From the NCBI GenBank assembly GCA_964016885.1, contig OZ024743.1:92070001-92134000 (forward strand): a DNA stretch of 64,000 nucleotides, in the 5' to 3' direction. This DNA is from Eledone cirrhosa (taxonomy: Eukaryota). A program made the translations under genes and the position numbers. The first letter of the stretch is position 1. Each line of letters opens with the position of its first letter. The notes beneath the pieces are model-generated. The model had not been told where the DNA came from. It saw only the letters and a program-made list of their open reading frames with translations, and searched no databases. Positions 25,297 through 40,700 of this stretch are shown piece by piece.

Positions 25297-25702
25297 ATAA
25301 TTGTTTCTACTTTTGGCACAAGGCCAGCAAATTACCCAGTACATTACTGGTACTTTATTTTTTCGACCCCGTAACGATGAAAGGCAAAGTTAACCTCGGC
25401 GGGATTTGAACTCAGATCGTAAAGAGCCGTAACTCTATGCGTCCAAGCATGGCGTCCGACCCTCTACCGATACTGCCAATCCACCGCAGTAATAAGGGTT
25501 TCTGATTTAGGCACAAGGCCAATAATTGGGGGAGGGAAGTCGATTAAATCGATCCCAGGGCATTACTGGTACTTTATTTTATCGACCCCGTAAGGATGAA
25601 AGGCAAAGTTAACCTCGCAAGATTTGAACTCAGACCGTAAAGAGCCGTAACTCTCTGTCACGAAGCATGCTGTCCGACGCTCTACCGATACTGCCAATCC
25701 AA
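25297..25702 (-). mobile_element. Two tandem S1 SINE copies
   Basis: Reverse complement of 3612-3800, at about 25297-25488 and 25490-25702. Confidence 0.85.
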
Positions 25703-26139
25703 ATAACACCCAAAACAACAACAGCAACAAGCCTAACAGCAATAACAGCAACAACAGCAACAACAACAACAACAACAACAACGCTAATAACAACACCAAA
25801 AACAACAACAGCTACAGCCGTAACAGCAATAGCAATAACAACAGCAACCACCACCACAACAACAACAGTATTAACAACACCAAAAACAATAGCCGTAACA
25901 ACAACAGCTACAACAACAGAAACAACAACAACAACAGCAATAATGACAAGAAATAGCACGAAAACAACGCCACCATTTTACAGTTAATTTATTTATTTTT
26001 TATTTACTTATTTTACTTTTTTTTTTTTACTTTTTATTCTTTTTTTATTTTATAAATTATTAAACAAATGTTGGTTTTTACATGTATTTGAACTTTAACT
26101 CTACTACCAAATAAAACAATATATAGTTGATAATAGCTT

Positions 26140-26320
26140 CATTTGTGTTTTGGCTTATGTGGTTTATGCTTTCTTGACCACTTTTTTCAGTTTGTATGGC
26201 GTTTTAACATATTTACTGTGGTTTTTTAACTATGGAGCGCTTGCCAGCATAACTCTGATTTTTGCGTTTCGTTTCGCTTTTACTACCCGCCGAAATGCGA
26301 TTCTCGCTGAATTTATATTT
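26140..26320. repeat. Unclassified dispersed repeat; inverted homologue at 61150-61325
   Basis: gcgtttcgtttcgcttttactacccgccgaaatgcgattctcgctgaattt matches the reverse complement of 61153-61205. Confidence 0.75.
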
Positions 26321-26689
26321 ATATTTGATAATATATATATATTACTCCTCATTTCCTTCACTCAACAATATTTGAAATACGTCCATATTCTTATCATGAC
26401 GTCATCACTTTCGTGATTTACTTATTTATTTATTTTTATTTACTTATTTATATTTACTTATGTATTTTTTCTCTATTTATTAACATGTTTATTTATATAT
26501 TTATTTACTTATTGATGCATTTATTTTTATTTATGTATTTATTTATGTATTTATTTATTAGTGTGTGTTTTTATTTGGTTATTGACTCACTTTGGTTCTG
26601 CTCAGCTCAATGGTCAAAGATCAACAGCTTTTGAGTCGACGAAGCTTGACGTTCAATGTCCATCATATAATTGCTGGGGGCGATGGCAG

Positions 26690-27125
26690 TGATGGTGGTG
26701 GTGGTGGTGGTGGTGGTGGTGGTGGTGGTGGTGGTGGTGGTGGTGGTGGTGGTGGCGATGGTGAGGACGGTGGTGGTGGCGGTGGTGGTGGTGGCGGTGG
26801 TAGTGGTGGTGGCGGCGGCGGTGGCGGTGGTGGTGGTGAGGATGGTGGTGGTGGTGGTGGTGGTGGTGGTGGCGGCGGTGGGAGGAATGTGGTGGTGGCG
26901 GTGGGAGGAATGTGGTGGTGGCGGTGGGAGGAATGTGGTGGTGGCGGTGGTAGTGGTGGTGGTGGCGGCGGTGGCGGTTTTGGTGGTAGTGGTGGAGGTG
27001 AGGACGGTGGTGGTGGTGGTGGTGGTGGTGGTGAGGACGATGGTGGTGGTGAGGACGGTGGTGGTGGTGAGGACGGTGGTGGTGGTGGTGGTGGTGGTGG
27101 TGAGGACGGTGGTGGTGGTGTGGCG
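26690..27125. repeat. (GGT)n degenerate trinucleotide repeat
   Basis: Direct inspection; a similar block lies at 28930-29280. Confidence 0.9.
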
Positions 27126-28064
27126 GACATTTCTGACTAGAGCTATATCATTTTCATATACATGCATATGTATATGTATATGTATATGTATATGTGCTTA
27201 TATATATATGTGTGTGTGTGAGAGTGTGTACGCGCGCGCGTGTGTGCGTGTGCGTGTGTGTGTATGTAGATATGTATGTATGAATGCATATAATATATAT
27301 ATTTTTTACATGTATGTACAAAGACATATTCATATATATATATATACCTACACATACACACACATACATGCACACGCACGCGCACACACACACATATATA
27401 TATACATATATATATATGCATGTGCTAAACTTGTTTTAAATTTCTTTATATGAGACCTTTCCGGTTATATTGTTTTTGCTGCTGCTGTTTTATTTAGCTT
27501 TGGTTTCTATTAACATTCTATAATATAATCTCTATGAGAAATTCTATTAATATTAAGCAGAGTTCAAACGACCAATTTTTTCAACCATTTCAGTCTCCAT
27601 TAGCTTTTTATTAAGCGCCATGTTTTTTCTCGCTCATATTTGTGATAATTTTTCTAACATGGGAGGTATATGTAGTAAAGAGACGTGGTCAGAACCGGCA
27701 TTACCATTATGGCCGATTATGCAGCTGCCTAAGGCGCAGACCTCAGAGAGGTGTATTATTGAACTTTAAAGGTTTGTAGTTTTATAGAAATTGAATTAAA
27801 TCAAATATTTAATAATTTCCTTCGATCAATAAATATATTGCTAAACCTCTTTGTTGCGTAGCAGTGTTGTAGAAATATCCAGAATCGTATGGTGTTATGA
27901 CATATCACATGATTTGGCGTGGGCATGTTTGAACTATATAGTCGAAAATGCAGGTTTTGTAATTTTCTCTGAGTGTGGTCAAACTTAAAATTGTCAAAAA
28001 TTAGATTCGAAAATGATTTAAAAAATTGGGGGAAATTTAATAATATAACAAACTTTCAGATTAA

Positions 28065-28430
28065 GGTATGTTTTGGAACATAACTTAACAAAGGTTTTTA
28101 CATAAAATTATGATGGAAGGATTTTAGATAAATATTAACACTTCAAAATAAACAGTTTTGTATCGTAGATCCTGGGTCAGCTTAACTGATGTATGGAACA
28201 TAATTTAATATATTCTTTCATAAAATTACGATGAAAGGTTTTAGATAAATATAAACACCTTAAAATAAAGTTTTGTATCATAGCATCAGGCGCAGCTTTG
28301 GTGAGGTTTAGTATCATAAGGGTTAGTATCTGGTGTTTGGAACATAATTTAACAAAGGTTTTTACATAAAATTACGAGAGAAGGATTTTCGATAAATATG
28401 AACACCTTAGAATAATTTTGTATCATAGAA
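28065..28430 (+). repeat. Degenerate ~120-145-bp tandem repeat; further copies at 53390-53470 and 53740-53835
   Basis: Recurrent ttacataaaattatgatggaagg..ttttagataaatat..acac. Confidence 0.7.
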
Positions 28431-28819
28431 CCTGGGGGAGTTCCATGGTTTTGTATCATAGAAACAGGCGCATTTTCATTGGAGTTTAGTATCAAAAAGT
28501 TTAATTTCGAGAAAGAATTTCTGTTGGAAGAATCATGAGTCATCTTTTTTTTTTTTACATTTGTTTTTTTCTTCTGTTATTTATTTAAATTATTTATGTT
28601 TTGTTGCTGTTTATTTTTTGTCTTTGTTCTAGAAGTGTCTAGATGGAGGCAGCTAATTTATAACAATTATTTTTCCTCCAAGAGCAGACCAAAGTACAGG
28701 TTACAACCAATCAACCGCTCTGTTTCACTCCTATTTTAGGTTCATTTTCATCAAACACCATTTCTTTATATCCGCCTTCGTCTGTGTTAGTCCTTTGTTG
28801 TGATTTGTTTTGTTATTGA

Positions 28820-28853
<34 letters not shown>

Positions 28854-29647
28854 ATTGGTGCCTTTGTTGGTGATTGTGTTATGGTTATGATGATAATCAT
28901 AAAGATGATGAAGGTGTTGTAGTTGTTAATGCTGGTGGTGATGGTGGTGGTGGTGGTGGTGGTTGGTGGTGGTTGGTGGTGGTGCTGGTGGTGGTGGTTC
29001 TGGTGGTGGTGCTGGTGGTGGTTCTGGTGGTGCTGGTGGTGCTGGTGCTGGTGGTGGTGGTGGTGGTGGTGGTTCTGGTGGTGGTGGTGGTGCTGGTGGT
29101 GGTGGTTCTGGTGGTGGTGGTGGTGGTGGTGGTGGTGGTGGTGGTGGTTGATAGTGGTGCTTGCTGGTGGAGGTGGTGGTGTTGGTTGGTGGTGGTGATG
29201 GTGGTGGCAGTGGTGATGGTGATGGATGATTATGACGATGACGACAATGATGATGATGATGATAGTGATGATGATGACGTTGCCTTGCAATTTGTATTTA
29301 TTGCACACTAACGATAATACTTTAAGCTTCTAGCATTCAACCTCGGTCACCTGGAATCAAACGAACGGTTGTTTGCCTGGCAAACGACAATTTATCAAAA
29401 CCTAAATGTCTGCTTGCAAAAAAAAAGAAACAAAATGGCGACGTAGTGACATCAGATTGTCACCATCGCTCATATAAACCAGACTACTCTCGCCTGTGAG
29501 GAGACTCATAAATAGAAATCTGTGAGATTAAAGACACGACTGTGTTTGACTTCCATTTTCTATATTATTATTGAGTTTGTCTTGATTTTGTTTTGTTGTT
29601 TTTGTTTATATACACAGATATATATAAATATACATATATATATATAC

Positions 29648-29806
<159 letters not shown>

Positions 29807-29919
29807 TACATATAAATATATATATATATATATACATACATATAATTATATATACATATACCTATATATATGTGTATATACATGCATACAATTATATATA
29901 GATATACCTATATATATGA

Positions 29920-29959
<40 letters not shown>

Positions 29960-30034
29960 GTATGTATATACACATATATATAGGTATATGTATATATAAT
30001 TATATGTATGTATTTATAAATGTATATATATATG

Positions 30035-30500
<466 letters not shown>

Positions 30501-30570
30501 GATTGTATATATAATAATATATATATAGGTGTGTGTATGTCTGAGTGTGTGTGTGTGGGGGGGGGGGGGG

Positions 30571-30616
<46 letters not shown>

Positions 30617-30752
30617 ATCATAGTTAAATAAGTACTCAGTATACTAGTAGAGTATAAACATCCTTATTTAATATAGAAATGGCTTCTACAGGACTAGAAC
30701 TGTTTCATTGGTATGGAATCACGATATATATATATATGTATATATTTGTATA

Positions 30753-30849
<97 letters not shown>

Positions 30850-31046
30850 GTGTAAAAGTTCTATTTAAATTGTTGGGATTCAACAAGCAAATATTTTTTT
30901 AACTGATATAAAGCACTCAACAAATAAAACTGCTCTATATTATATTTTATCTAATGAAAGCACACCATAATTTAACTTGGTGTCCTTGAAATATGTATAA
31001 TGAAATAAATCTGGTTTTATAAATATAGTTTCCATTTGTTAATATC

Positions 31047-31109
<63 letters not shown>

Positions 31110-31191
31110 TATATACATATATATATATACATATATATATATACATATATATACATACATATATATATATACATACATATATATATATATA

Positions 31192-31231
<40 letters not shown>

Positions 31232-31374
31232 TATATATATATATGCATATATATATATATGCATATATATATATATATTATTCTAGTCGATCGACTTTCG
31301 TCAAATCGGACCGAGGAAACTATGTTTCCGTTGGTCTTTCCAATTGCTAATACTATCTATCGGTCGCAACTCCA

Positions 31375-31498
31375 GGTAGAAGGAGCAACGTGAAATAAAG
31401 TGTCTTGCTCAAGGACATAACGCATCGCCTGGTTCAGGAATCGAACTCACAACCTCACGATTGTGAATCGAATACTCTAACCACTCAGCCACACGCCT
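31375..31498 (-). mobile_element. tRNA-derived SINE (family S2), 5' half
   Basis: Minus strand tggctgagtggttagagt (A box), gagttcgattcc (B box), ccttgagcaagacactttatttcacgttgctcc. Confidence 0.8.
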
Positions 31499-31534
31499 AT
31501 ATATATATATGCATATATATATATATATAACATC

Positions 31535-31574
31535 CCGAGCTGAAGATCCGTGAAGGTGAAACAATTGTTCTCGG
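31535..31574 (+). ncRNA. Type I hammerhead ribozyme motif in an ~80-bp insert
   Basis: ccgag-CTGAAGA-tCC-gtgaa-GGt-GAAAC-AATT-GTT-ctcgg; 5-bp stem I, palindromic stem III. Confidence 0.8.
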
Positions 31575-31609
31575 TATGGTGAACTAACTAACAGTTGTGT
31601 AACCACTTC

Positions 31610-31645
<36 letters not shown>

Positions 31646-31694
31646 AAAGATGAATATAAAATGAAAGTGCTTTTATAAATGAATTTATTAGGTA

Positions 31695-31807
31695 TTGACA
31701 TATGTTTCTGTAACAGACGGAATACCTATGTATCGCTGCTTGCATAATCATATAATGTTAGCAAGTATTCGATAGCAAATGTATAATCAGTTGTCACTTC
31801 TTCAGAG
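31695..31807 (-). ncRNA. Hammerhead-like motif with large stem II loop
   Basis: Minus strand CTGAAGA-a-GTGACA...TGTTAC-a-GAAAC-ATAT-GTC; lies between 26-bp inverted repeats at 31643-31668 and 31919-31944. Confidence 0.55.
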
Positions 31808-32048
31808 ATATTGGATAAATTGGAAAAAATCAGAAAAATTGAAGTATTTATATTAGTTGTAAGAAAGGAAGAAGAGAGGGGATAGTATATGACAGACGGC
31901 AATTCAATTTGCTGATAAACTTTCATTTTATATTCATCTTTTCTACATTTTCTCCGGAATATAATTTATACTCGTTGAGCAAACCTACACGTACGCTGTT
32001 CATCTCTAACGTGACGATATATTATCACTACATTATTGATAACTTTAA

Positions 32049-32089
<41 letters not shown>

Positions 32090-32090
<1 letters not shown>

Positions 32091-32458
32091 GTGAAGGCTT
32101 AGTGGCTAGAACATTGGGACTGCAATTGAGAGGTTGTGAGTTCGATTCTCAGACCGGCTGATGTGTTGTTTCCTTGAGCAAGACACTTTATTTCACGTTG
32201 CTCCAGTTTACTCAGCTGTAGAAATGAGTTGCGACGTCACTGGTGCCAAGTTGTATCAGCCATAGCCTTTCCTTTAGACAACATCGGTGGCATGGAGAGG
32301 GGAGGTTGGTATGCGTGGGCGACTACTGGTCTTCCACAAACACACCTTTCCCATATATGGCACAAAAAACTTTGCCCATATATATATGCCCTTGCTTGTA
32401 CCTCGGGGGGAAACTTTCTAGGTGCAAAACCATGGTCATTCGTGACTGAGTGGGGCCA
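32090..32458 (+). mobile_element. tRNA-derived SINE (family S2), near full length
   Basis: gagttcgattc B box, ccttgagcaagacactttatttcacgttgctccag body, long 3' tail; diverged relatives at 59450-59735, 57750-57830 and 34295-34370. Confidence 0.8.
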
Positions 32459-32856
32459 AAGAGAAAGAGAAGAAAGATATATATACATATATATATAGAG
32501 AGAGAGAAAAAGTGTGTGTGTGTGTGAGAGGGAGAGAAAGAGAGAAAGAGAGGGAGAGGGGGTGGATGGATCGATAAATAGATAGATAGATAGATATGAA
32601 AAAATATTTTTCATATCTATTATTTGCTGATCGTTGACTGGCGTACTAGGGACAAATCTAATATTGGTTTCCTGAAGAGATTTCATATGTGATTGTAATT
32701 GTTTATTTATTTGGATTGATTAATTAATTAATCTGCAAATCATTATTAATATTTTGTGATTGTAATTTTGTGATTAAAATTGAAACAGACGTAGAAATTA
32801 ATAAAATTATTTGAAGTATTTTCTTCGTCTTTTTTACCTAAATTAAATTATATATC

Positions 32857-32933
<77 letters not shown>

Positions 32934-32937
<4 letters not shown>

Positions 32938-33750
32938 GGAATAGAATGAAACGAAATTTCATTTCTCACTCTTAGTACAGCACTTACTTAAATGTAAGTA
33001 TGTATGTATACGTACATACATATATGTATACAGACGTACAGTAGTATGTATATATATACATACATGCACACACATATATATATGCACGTATCGGTTTACC
33101 GAACATTTATTATAATGCTCGGTTTGTTTGCTTGTTTGTAAACAAACAAACAGCCCGGATTACGCCGTACAGTGTTTAGGCAACCACGTCACCTTTTTGT
33201 TCAACACTGACACAGGAACGATGTACTAGTTTCAAGCTTATTAGCTATCGTCAGCATCGTATACCTTCCTGCCAGATGGTTGAACGTCTGAAAGTATATA
33301 CTTTCCTTATGCATATTAACGGCTGAGCAGCCTAATTTGCATATCGAGTGAGTTCAGTCGACCAGGCGCATCGAAAACGATAAATGGAATAGAATGAAAC
33401 GAAATTTCATTTCTCACACTTAGTACGGCACTTACTTAAATGTAAGTATGTATGTATGTACACGTACATACATATATGTATACAGACGTACAGTAGTATG
33501 TATATATATACATACATACATGCACACATATATATATGCACGTATCGGTTTACCGAACATTTATTATAATGCTCGGTTTGTTTGTTTGTTTGTAAACAAA
33601 CAAACAGCCCGGATTACGCCGTACAGTGTTTAGGCAACCACGTCACCTTTTTGTTCAACACTGACACAGGAACGATGTACTAGTTTCAAGCTTATTAGCT
33701 ATCGTCAATGCCGTTAATATGCATAAGGAAAGTATATACTTTCAGACGTT
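32934..33750 (-). mobile_element. Tandem (447-bp period) Penelope-like terminal repeats plus short inverted segment
   Basis: 32934-33260 is repeated from 33381; 33710-33750 is the reverse complement of 33282-33322; (TA)n flanks; third copy at 50122-50530. Confidence 0.8.
33218..33260 (-). ncRNA. Type I hammerhead ribozyme motif
   Basis: acgatg-CTGACGA-tAGCT-aata-AGCTt-GAAAC-TA-GTA-catcgt; 6-bp stem I, intact core. Confidence 0.9.
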
Positions 33751-33757
33751 AATATAT

Positions 33758-33831
<74 letters not shown>

Positions 33832-33833
33832 GT

Positions 33834-33873
<40 letters not shown>

Positions 33874-34032
33874 TATGTGTGTGTATATGGTGTGAGTACC
33901 GAGAAGGCCACAAATCAGGGTAGTATTCTATGCATGTTGAGATGCAGAGTAGATATAGTGAATAACGAATCCTAGTTGGCATCAGTTATCATCGCAATTC
34001 ATTTCATTCCAGCTGAGGGAACAGAACCAACG

Positions 34033-34271
34033 TTAACCCTTTAGTTACAACCCGGCCAGAACCAACTCTGGTTCTATGAAATAAAACAACCTATTTTAAA
34101 AGTTTCCAATTTAAATTAAAATCTTCCAACATAATTTTATATAAGAACCTTACATTAAGTTACTATTTTAGTTATGAAATAATTAATAATTTTAACAAAT
34201 CTCTCGAAGTTCTTCATTAATTAATTGAAATAAAATGAATTTCATTAGAGATGTGGTCATGAAAGAGTTAA
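34033..34271. mobile_element. Possible piggyBac-type MITE
   Basis: TTAA-CCCTTT ... AAAGAG-TTAA termini. Confidence 0.4.
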
Positions 34272-34725
34272 ATAAATTGTAGTTCTCAATAACACAATGC
34301 ATTGCCCAGTCCGGGAATCGAACTCACGGCCTTATAATTATGAGCTCTCCCTCCTACACACTAGAACACATGTCTTCCCATACATGTCCCAGATGTACTT
34401 AAAACCACTAAACATCACCATCTATGATATACAAACTGACTACTCTGGTTGCTTAATTGTAAACTTTAAAGGAAAACCATATTTTGTGTCATGACTTTTA
34501 CTGTTCATTGCTCAAGTAATAAATGATGTTGAAGTAAAGTAGTGGGTAATGCTGAAACGTTTATCATTGGTAATAAATTTTAGAAAAATTATATCCACCT
34601 AATAGCAGGGTGTGGGACATACTGCAGAAATTATAACGTAAAATTATATGTCAAAAATATCGTCTTAGTTTTTTTTTACGCTGATCTCTTTATTTTTTTA
34701 AAGGGCAGAAATGATCGTGGGGGAG

Positions 34726-37700
34726 TATTAAATTTAAGGAAGTGGCTATATAGCCGGTCCCGGTAAATAGACTCCCAGGTTATTTAGCCGGTAAGAGTGT
34801 CAGACAGCATGAGTTGCGACCCGAGTTAAGACAATTGTTAAGACAATTTGAAATCTTTTCCACCATCAATTGTTAAAAAAACAAGTTAAAATCATTTAGT
34901 CATCATCTTATTATAATTCTACTTGTGTTTTGTCCCTTCGTAACATACGTTATGCTTTCGTTACATACACATATTTAATGAGTTACATACACACACATCT
35001 ACTGAGTTACATACACACATATCTACTGAGTTACATACACACACACAGATCTACTGAGTTACATACACACATATCTACTGAGTTACATACACACACATAT
35101 CTAATGAGTTACATACACACACATCTACTGAGTTACATACACACATATCTACTGAGTTACATACACACATATCTACTGAGTTACATACACACACATCTAC
35201 TGAGTTACATACACACACAACTACTGAGTTACATACACACATATCTACTGAGTTACATACACACACATCTACTGAGTTACATACACACATATCTACTGAG
35301 TTACATACACACATATCTACTGAGTTACATACACACACAACTACTGAGTTACATACACACACATATCTACTGAGTTACATACACACACATCTACTGAGTT
35401 ACATACACACACATCTACTGAGTTACATACACACATATCTACTGAGTTACATACACACACATCTACTGAGTTACATACACACATATCTACTGAGTTACAT
35501 ACACACACAACTACTGAGTTACATACACACATATCTACTGAGTTACATACACACACATCTACTGAGTTACATACACACACATCTACTGAGTTACATACAC
35601 ACACATCTACTGAGTTACATACACACACATCTACTGAGTTACATACACACATATCTACTGAGTTACATACACACACATATCTACTGAGTTATATACACAC
35701 ACATCTACTGAGTTACATACACACACATCTACTGAGATACATACACACACATCTACTGAGTTACATACACACACATATCTACTGAGTTACATACACACAC
35801 ATCTACTGAGTTACTTACACACACATCTACTGAGTTACATACACACATATCTACTGAGTTACATACACACACAACTACTGAGTTACATACACACACATCT
35901 ACTGAGTTACATACACACACATCTACTGAGTTACATACACACACATATCTACTGAGTTACATACACACATATCTACTGAGTACATACACACACATCTACT
36001 GAGTTACATAGACACATATCTACTGAGTTACATACACACACATCTACTGAGTTACATACACACATATCTACTGAGTTACATACACACACATATCTACTGA
36101 GTTATATACACACACATCTACTGAGTTACATACACACACATCTACTGAGATACATACACACATATCTACTGAGTTACATACACACATATCTACTGAGTTA
36201 CATACACACACATATCTACTGAGTTAAATACACACACATCTACTGAGTTACATACACACACAACTAATGTGTTACATACACACACATCTACTGAGTTACA
36301 TACACACACATTTACTGAGTTACATACACACACATTTACTGAGTTACATACACACACATCTACTGAGTTACATACACACACATCTACTGAGTTACATACA
36401 CACACATTTACTGAGTTACATACACACACATTTACTGAGATACATATACACACATCTACTGAGTTACATACACACACATCTACTGAGTTACATACACACA
36501 CATCTACTGAGTTACATACACACATATCTACTGAGTTACATACACACACATCTACTGAGTTACATACACACACATATCTACTGAGTTACATACACACATA
36601 TCTACTGAGTTACATACACACATATCTACTGAGTTACAGACACACACATATCTACTGAGTTACATACACACATATCTACTGAGTTACATACACACACATC
36701 TACTGAGTTACATACACACACAACTACTGAGTTACATACACACATATCTACTGAGTTACATACACACATATCTACTGAGTTACATACACACACATATCTA
36801 CTGAGTTACATACACACACATCTACTGAGTTACATACACACACATCTACTGAGTTACATACACACACATCTACTGAGTTACATACACACACATATCTACT
36901 GAGTTACATACACACATATCTACTGAGTTACATACACACATATCTACTGAGTTACATACACACACAACTACTGTGTTACATACACACATATCTACTGAGT
37001 TACATACACACACATCTACTGAGTTACATACACACATATCTACTGAGTTACATACACACACATTTACTGAGTTACATACACACATATCTACTGAGTTACA
37101 TACACACACATATCTACTGAGTTACATACACACACATCTACTGAGTTACATACACACACATCTACTGAGTTACATACACACATATCTACTGAGTTACATA
37201 CACACACATATCTACTGAGTTACATACACACATCTACTGAGTTACATACACACACATCTACTGAGTTACATACACACACATCTACTGAGTTACATACACA
37301 CATATCTACTGAGTTACATACACACACAACTACTGAGTTACATACACACATATCTACTGAGTTACATACACACACATCTACTGAGTTACATACACACACA
37401 TCTACTGAGTTACATACACACACATCTACTGAGTTACATACACACACATCTACTGAGTTACATACACACATATCTACTGAGTTACATACACACACATATC
37501 TACTGAGTTATATACATACACATCTACTGAGTTACATACACACACATCTACTGAGATACGTACACACACATCTACTGAGTTACATACACACACATATCTA
37601 CTGAGTTACATACACACACATCTACTGAGTTACTTACACACACATCTACTGAGTTACATACACACATATCTACTGAGTTACATACACACACAACTACTGA

Positions 37701-40700
37701 GTTACATACACACACATCTACTGAGTTACATACACACACATCTACTGAGTTACATACACACACATATCTACTGAGTTACATACACACATATCTACTGAGT
37801 ACATACACACACATCTACTGAGTTACATACACACATATCTACTGAGTTACATACACACACATCTACTGAGTTACATACACACATATCTACTGAGTTACAT
37901 ACACACACATATCTACTGAGTTACATACACACACATCTACTGAGTTACATACACACACAACTACTGTGTTACATACACACACATCTACTGAGTTACATAC
38001 ACACACATTTACTGAGTTACATACACACACATTTATTGAGTTACATACACACACATCTACTGAGTTACATACACACACATCTACTGAGTTACATACACAC
38101 ACATTTACTGACTTACATACACACACATTTACTGAGATACATATACACACATCTACTGAGTTACATACACACACATCTACTGAGTTACATACACACACAT
38201 CTACTGAGTTACATACACACATATCTACTGAGTTACATACACACACATCTACTGAGTTACATACACACACATATCTACTGAGTTACATACACACATATCT
38301 ACTGAGTTACATACACACATATCTACTGAGTTACATACACACACATATCTACTGAGTTACATACACACATATCTACTGAGTTACATACACACACATCTAC
38401 TGAGTTACATACACACACATCTACTGAGTTACATACACACACATATCTACTGAGTTACATACACACATATCTACTGAGTTACATACACACATATCTACTG
38501 AGTTACATACACACACAACTACTGTGTTACATACACACATATCTACTGAGTTACATACACACACATCTACTGAGTTACATACACACATATCTACTGAGTT
38601 ACATACACACACATTTACTGAGTTACATACACACATATCTACTGAGTTACATACACACACATATCTACTGAGTTACATACACACACATCTACTGAGTTAC
38701 ATACACACACATCTACTGAGTTACATACACACATATCTACTGAGTAACATACACACACATATCTACTGAGTTACATACACACATCTACTGAGTTACATAC
38801 ACACACATCTACTGAGTTACATACACACACATCTACTGAGTTACATACACACACATCTACTGAGTTACATACACACACATCTACTGAGTTACATACACAC
38901 ACATCTACTGAGATACATACACACACATCTACTGAGTTACATACACACATATCTACTGAGTTACATACACACACATCTACTGAGTTACATACACACACAT
39001 ATCTACTGAGTTACATACACACACATCTACTGAGTTACATACACACACATCTACTGAGATACATACACACACATCTACTGAGTTACATACACACATATCT
39101 ACTGAGTTACATACACACACATCTACTGAGTTACATACACACATATCTACTGAGTTACATACACACACATCTACTGATTTACATACACACATATCTACTG
39201 AGTTACATACACACACATATCTACTGAGTTACATACACACACATCTACTGAGTTACATACACATATCTACTGAGTTACATACACATCTACTGAGTTACAT
39301 ACACACACATATCTACTGAGTTACATACACACACATCTACTGAGTTACATACACACACATCTACTGAGTTACATACACACATATCTACTGAGTTTCATAC
39401 ACACACAACTACTGTGTTACATACACACATATCTACTGAGTTACATACACACACATCTACTTAGTTACATACACACATATCTACTGAGTTACATACACAT
39501 ACATCTACTGAGTTACATACACACATATCTACTGAGTTACATACACACACATATCTACTGAGTTACATACACACACATCTACTGAGTTACATACACACAC
39601 ATCTACTGAGTTACATACACACATATCTACTGAGTTACATACACACATATCTACTGAGTTACATACACACACATCTACTGAGTTACATACACACACATCT
39701 ACTGAGTTACATACACACACATCTACTGAGTTACATACACACACATCTACTGAGTTACATACACACATATCTACTGAGTTACATGCACACACATCTGAGT
39801 TACATACACACATATCTACTGAGTTACATACACACATATATCTACTGAATTACATACACACACATCTACTAAGTTACATACACACACATTTACTGAGTTA
39901 CATACACACATATCTACTGAGTTACATACACACACATCTACTGAGTTACATACACACATATCTACTGAGTTACATACACACACATATCTACTGAGTTACA
40001 TACACACACATATCTACTGAGTTACATACACGCACATCTACTGAGTTACATACACACACATATCTACTGAGTTACATACACACATATCTACTGAGTTACA
40101 TACACACACATCTACTGAGTTGCATACACACATATCTACTGAGTTACATACACACACATCTACTGAGTTACATACACACATATCTACTGAGTTACATACA
40201 CACACATATCTACTAAGTAACATACACACACATCTACTGAGTTACATACACATATATCTACTGAGTAACATACACACACATATCTACTGAGTTACATACA
40301 CACACATCTACTGAGTTACACACACACACGTCTACTGAGTTACATACACACATCTACTGAGTTACATACACACACATATCTACTGAGTTACATACACACA
40401 CATCTACTGAGTTACATACACACACATCTACTGAGATACATACACACACATCTACTGAGTTACATACACACATATCTACTGAGTTACATACACACACATA
40501 TCTACTGAGTTACATACACACATCTACTGAGTTACATACACACACATCTACTGAGTTACATACACACACATCTACTGAGTTACATACACACACATCTACT
40601 GAGTTACATACACACATATCTACTGAGTTACATGCACACACATCTGAGTTACATACACACATATCTACTGAGTTACATACACACACATATCTACTGAGTT

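Noticed and set aside
26592-27453. Poly-Gly, poly-Pro (formin/extensin-like) or poly-Thr ORFs and a minus-strand GTGAG donor at ~26590
   Set aside because: (GGT)n is open in most frames; all three minus frames stop before the donor; there is no flanking domain.
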